From the NCBI GenBank assembly GCA_964016885.1, contig OZ024741.1, positions 355,384,001 to 355,448,000 on the forward strand: 64,000 nucleotides of DNA, read 5' to 3'. This stretch comes from Eledone cirrhosa (Eukaryota). The translations under genes were made by a program, and so were the position numbers. The notes beneath the pieces were generated by a model, which saw only the letters and a program-made list of their open reading frames with translations, was not told the DNA's origin and did not search any database. This document shows positions 61,687-64,000 of the stretch, one piece after another; the stretch's first letter is position 1, and each line of letters begins with the position of its first letter.

Positions 61687-63597
61687 TTAACCTTTTTCAT
61701 ACCTACCTGAAATCACTCCTGGTTCTATGATTTAAAGTGTTTATATTTATATAAAAACCTTCCAACATAATTTTATGTAAAAACCTTTGTTATTTTTTAA
61801 ACTAACTTAATAATGAGGAAGTTAGTTAAATAAGAAGTAAATCCCTACAGATTCTTAATTATTTGAAAATCATACCTGGTGTCATCATCATCATCAGCAT
61901 CATCATTTTATGTCCGCTTTTCCCTGCTTGTAAGGGTGGGACGGGTCTTATTCAGCACAGCATCTCTCCACTCGTCACGGTCCCTCGTCATCTCCACCGT
62001 GAGCTTCAATGATCTGAGGTCTGTTCTCACCACCTCCGCCCATGTTTTTCGTGGTCTATCTCTACCACGTCTTCCTTCAACTGGCATTTCCTGGCACTTC
62101 TTCACCCATCGGTCATCCTCCATGCGCATCACATGTCCATACCACCTCAGTCTCCTCTCCCGTACACTACATTCTATCCCTCTCAGACACAGTTTCTCTC
62201 TCAACACATTTATGCTGGGTTGTTCACGCACATTTACACTGCACATCCAACGGAGCATGCTTGCTTCATTTCTCTCCAGCCGTCGCATATCCTCTGCAGT
62301 TGCTGCCCATGTCTCACTACCATGCAGCATCGCGCTCCTCACACAGGCATCATACAACCGGCCTTTCGTATGCAGGGAGAAACCCTTCTTCGTCAACAGA
62401 GGAAGCAGCTCCCTAAACTTCTTCCAACCCGTCCTTATTCTAGATACTATGGCCTCGGAACACCCTCCTCCCATGCTAATCTGATCTCCTAGGTACCGGA
62501 AGCTATCCACTACTTCTATAGCGCCCTCTTGCATCTGAAAAATGTGTCTATCAGTGCGACTTCTATTGTCTAATTTCCCTGTACATCTACTGCATACATA
62601 TTTCTCCCTACCTGTTAGTTTGCCTGCTATCCCGCTACATCTCTTGTGTACCCAGGATCTGCATTGTGTGCATTTTATAGAAATTATGCCAGTTCCTTTT
62701 CTACATATCGAACATGGCCATTTCCCTGACGGAATCAGGGTTTTGTCCTCTTTTCTACTCATCAACACTTTTGTCTTAGCTAGATTCACTCTTAGTCCTC
62801 TTGCTTCCAACTGCTGTTTCCATAGCCAGAATTTATTCTCTAGCTCCTCTACTGATTCTGCTATAAGAACCAGATCGTCAGCATAGAGAAGTTCCTATGG
62901 ACAGCCAGTCTTAAACTCCTCTGTTATGGCTTGGAGGACTATAATGAACAAGAGCGGGCTGAGGACCTAGCCCTGATGTACTCCTACTTGTATCTGGAAT
63001 TCCTCACTAAACTCCATTCCTACCCCGACTTTACTGAGAGTACCTCTGTACAAAGTTTGCACTGTCCTCACAAGCCATTCTTCAACACCTAGCTTCCTTA
63101 GGGACCACCAGATGACAGATCGGGGTACCCTATCAAAGGCCTTCTCTAGGTCAACAAAGGCTAAGTGTGTTTCATTAAAAATATGGTAACAAAAGGGTTA
63201 ACTGTTTTGATATCAAACTGTCTGAAACCATGCCTGGTTCTATGATACAAAACAGTTTATTTTATGTAAGAACTTTTATGTTCCAAACACCAGATTAATA
63301 ATTGTTTCTACTTTTGGCACAAGGCCAGCAATTACCCAGTACATTACTGGTACTTCATTTTATTGACCCCGTAAGGATGAAAGGCAAAGTTGACCTCGGC
63401 GGGATTTGAACTCAGAATGGAAAGGGCCGTAACTCTATGCGTCAAAGCATGGTGTCTGACCCTCTACCCATACTGCCAATCCACCGCCCATTAATAATGA
63501 GAAAATTCATTATAGTATTAAATCCTTCCAAATACTGGATAATTTTCAAAATCACTGGTAGTGTCTTTCATTAGAAATATAGTAACAAAAGGGTTAA
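61687..63597. mobile_element. Two tandem piggyBac-like MITEs (TTAA...AAAAGGG-TTAA), one split by an RTE and one by a SINE
   Basis: TTAA at 61687, 63198 and 63594; shared internal sequence (CTGAAA..A..CCTGGTTCTATGAT, GTAACAAAAGGGTTAA); relative at about 22980-23294. Confidence 0.6.
61880..63166 (-). mobile_element. 5'-truncated RTE LINE (more diverged subfamily, very short 3'UTR)
   Basis: ORF 61908..62810 with PHD finger (WPCSICRKG...CTQC...HKRC...CSRC) and WYGHVMRM; the upstream RT part has in-frame stops; (GAT)n tail at about 61882-61905. Confidence 0.9.
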
Positions 63598-64000
63598 TTG
63601 TATTACAGATTTTATTTACTCTTTTACTAGTTTCAGTTATTGGACTATAGCTATGCTGTGGCATCATCTTCTTGTGTGTTAGTATTCTCTTCACTCTGGT
63701 ACTTATTTTATCGATCTCTGTCAGACTGTTAAGTTACACATAAAGGAACCCAACATAAACAACACTAGTTTTTAGTCCTGTATATATACATAAACACACA
63801 TGTACATACATAGATGTGTAATGTTTGTATGATTGAATAATTGTTTCTACCTTAGGCACAAGGCCAGCAATTTGAAAGGGAAGGGAAAGTTGATTAAATC
63901 GACCCCAGTGCATTATTGGTGCTTTATTTATCAACCCCGTAAGGATGAATGTGCATGAGTAATGAAACATGAGTTTAGGGAAAAACTGTACCTGAGAGAA

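Overview
AT-rich, repeat-dense animal genomic DNA, most likely from an octopod cephalopod (inferred from the SINE families, RTE LINEs with (GAT)n tails and heavy microsatellite load). Two divergently oriented intron-containing genes can be rebuilt by hand, and the ORF track shows only fragments of them. (i) Minus strand: a 6-exon, about 240-aa Delta/Serrate-like protein (signal peptide + MNNL/C2 domain + DSL domain) that stops 16 aa after the DSL domain. It has no EGF repeats and no transmembrane helix, so it is an apparently soluble Notch-ligand-like protein, and its terminal exon is present in up to three copies. (ii) Plus strand: the 5' part of POLD1 (DNA polymerase delta catalytic subunit) with an E2F site near its first exon and a 1-nt frameshift in its fifth coding exon. 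The most conspicuous repeat structure is an intact 1039-aa RTE LINE (APE endonuclease + RT with an inserted PHD finger) whose 5' end abuts an almost perfectly homogeneous, hierarchically built array of about 16 copies of a ~505-bp unit. The rest is nested LINE (RTE, CR1, Tx1/L1, CRE-like, Penelope), SINE, Tc1/mariner, piggyBac-like MITE and Helitron debris plus several foldback structures. Gene models come from manual translation and splice-phase matching only, and boundaries of degenerate elements are approximate.
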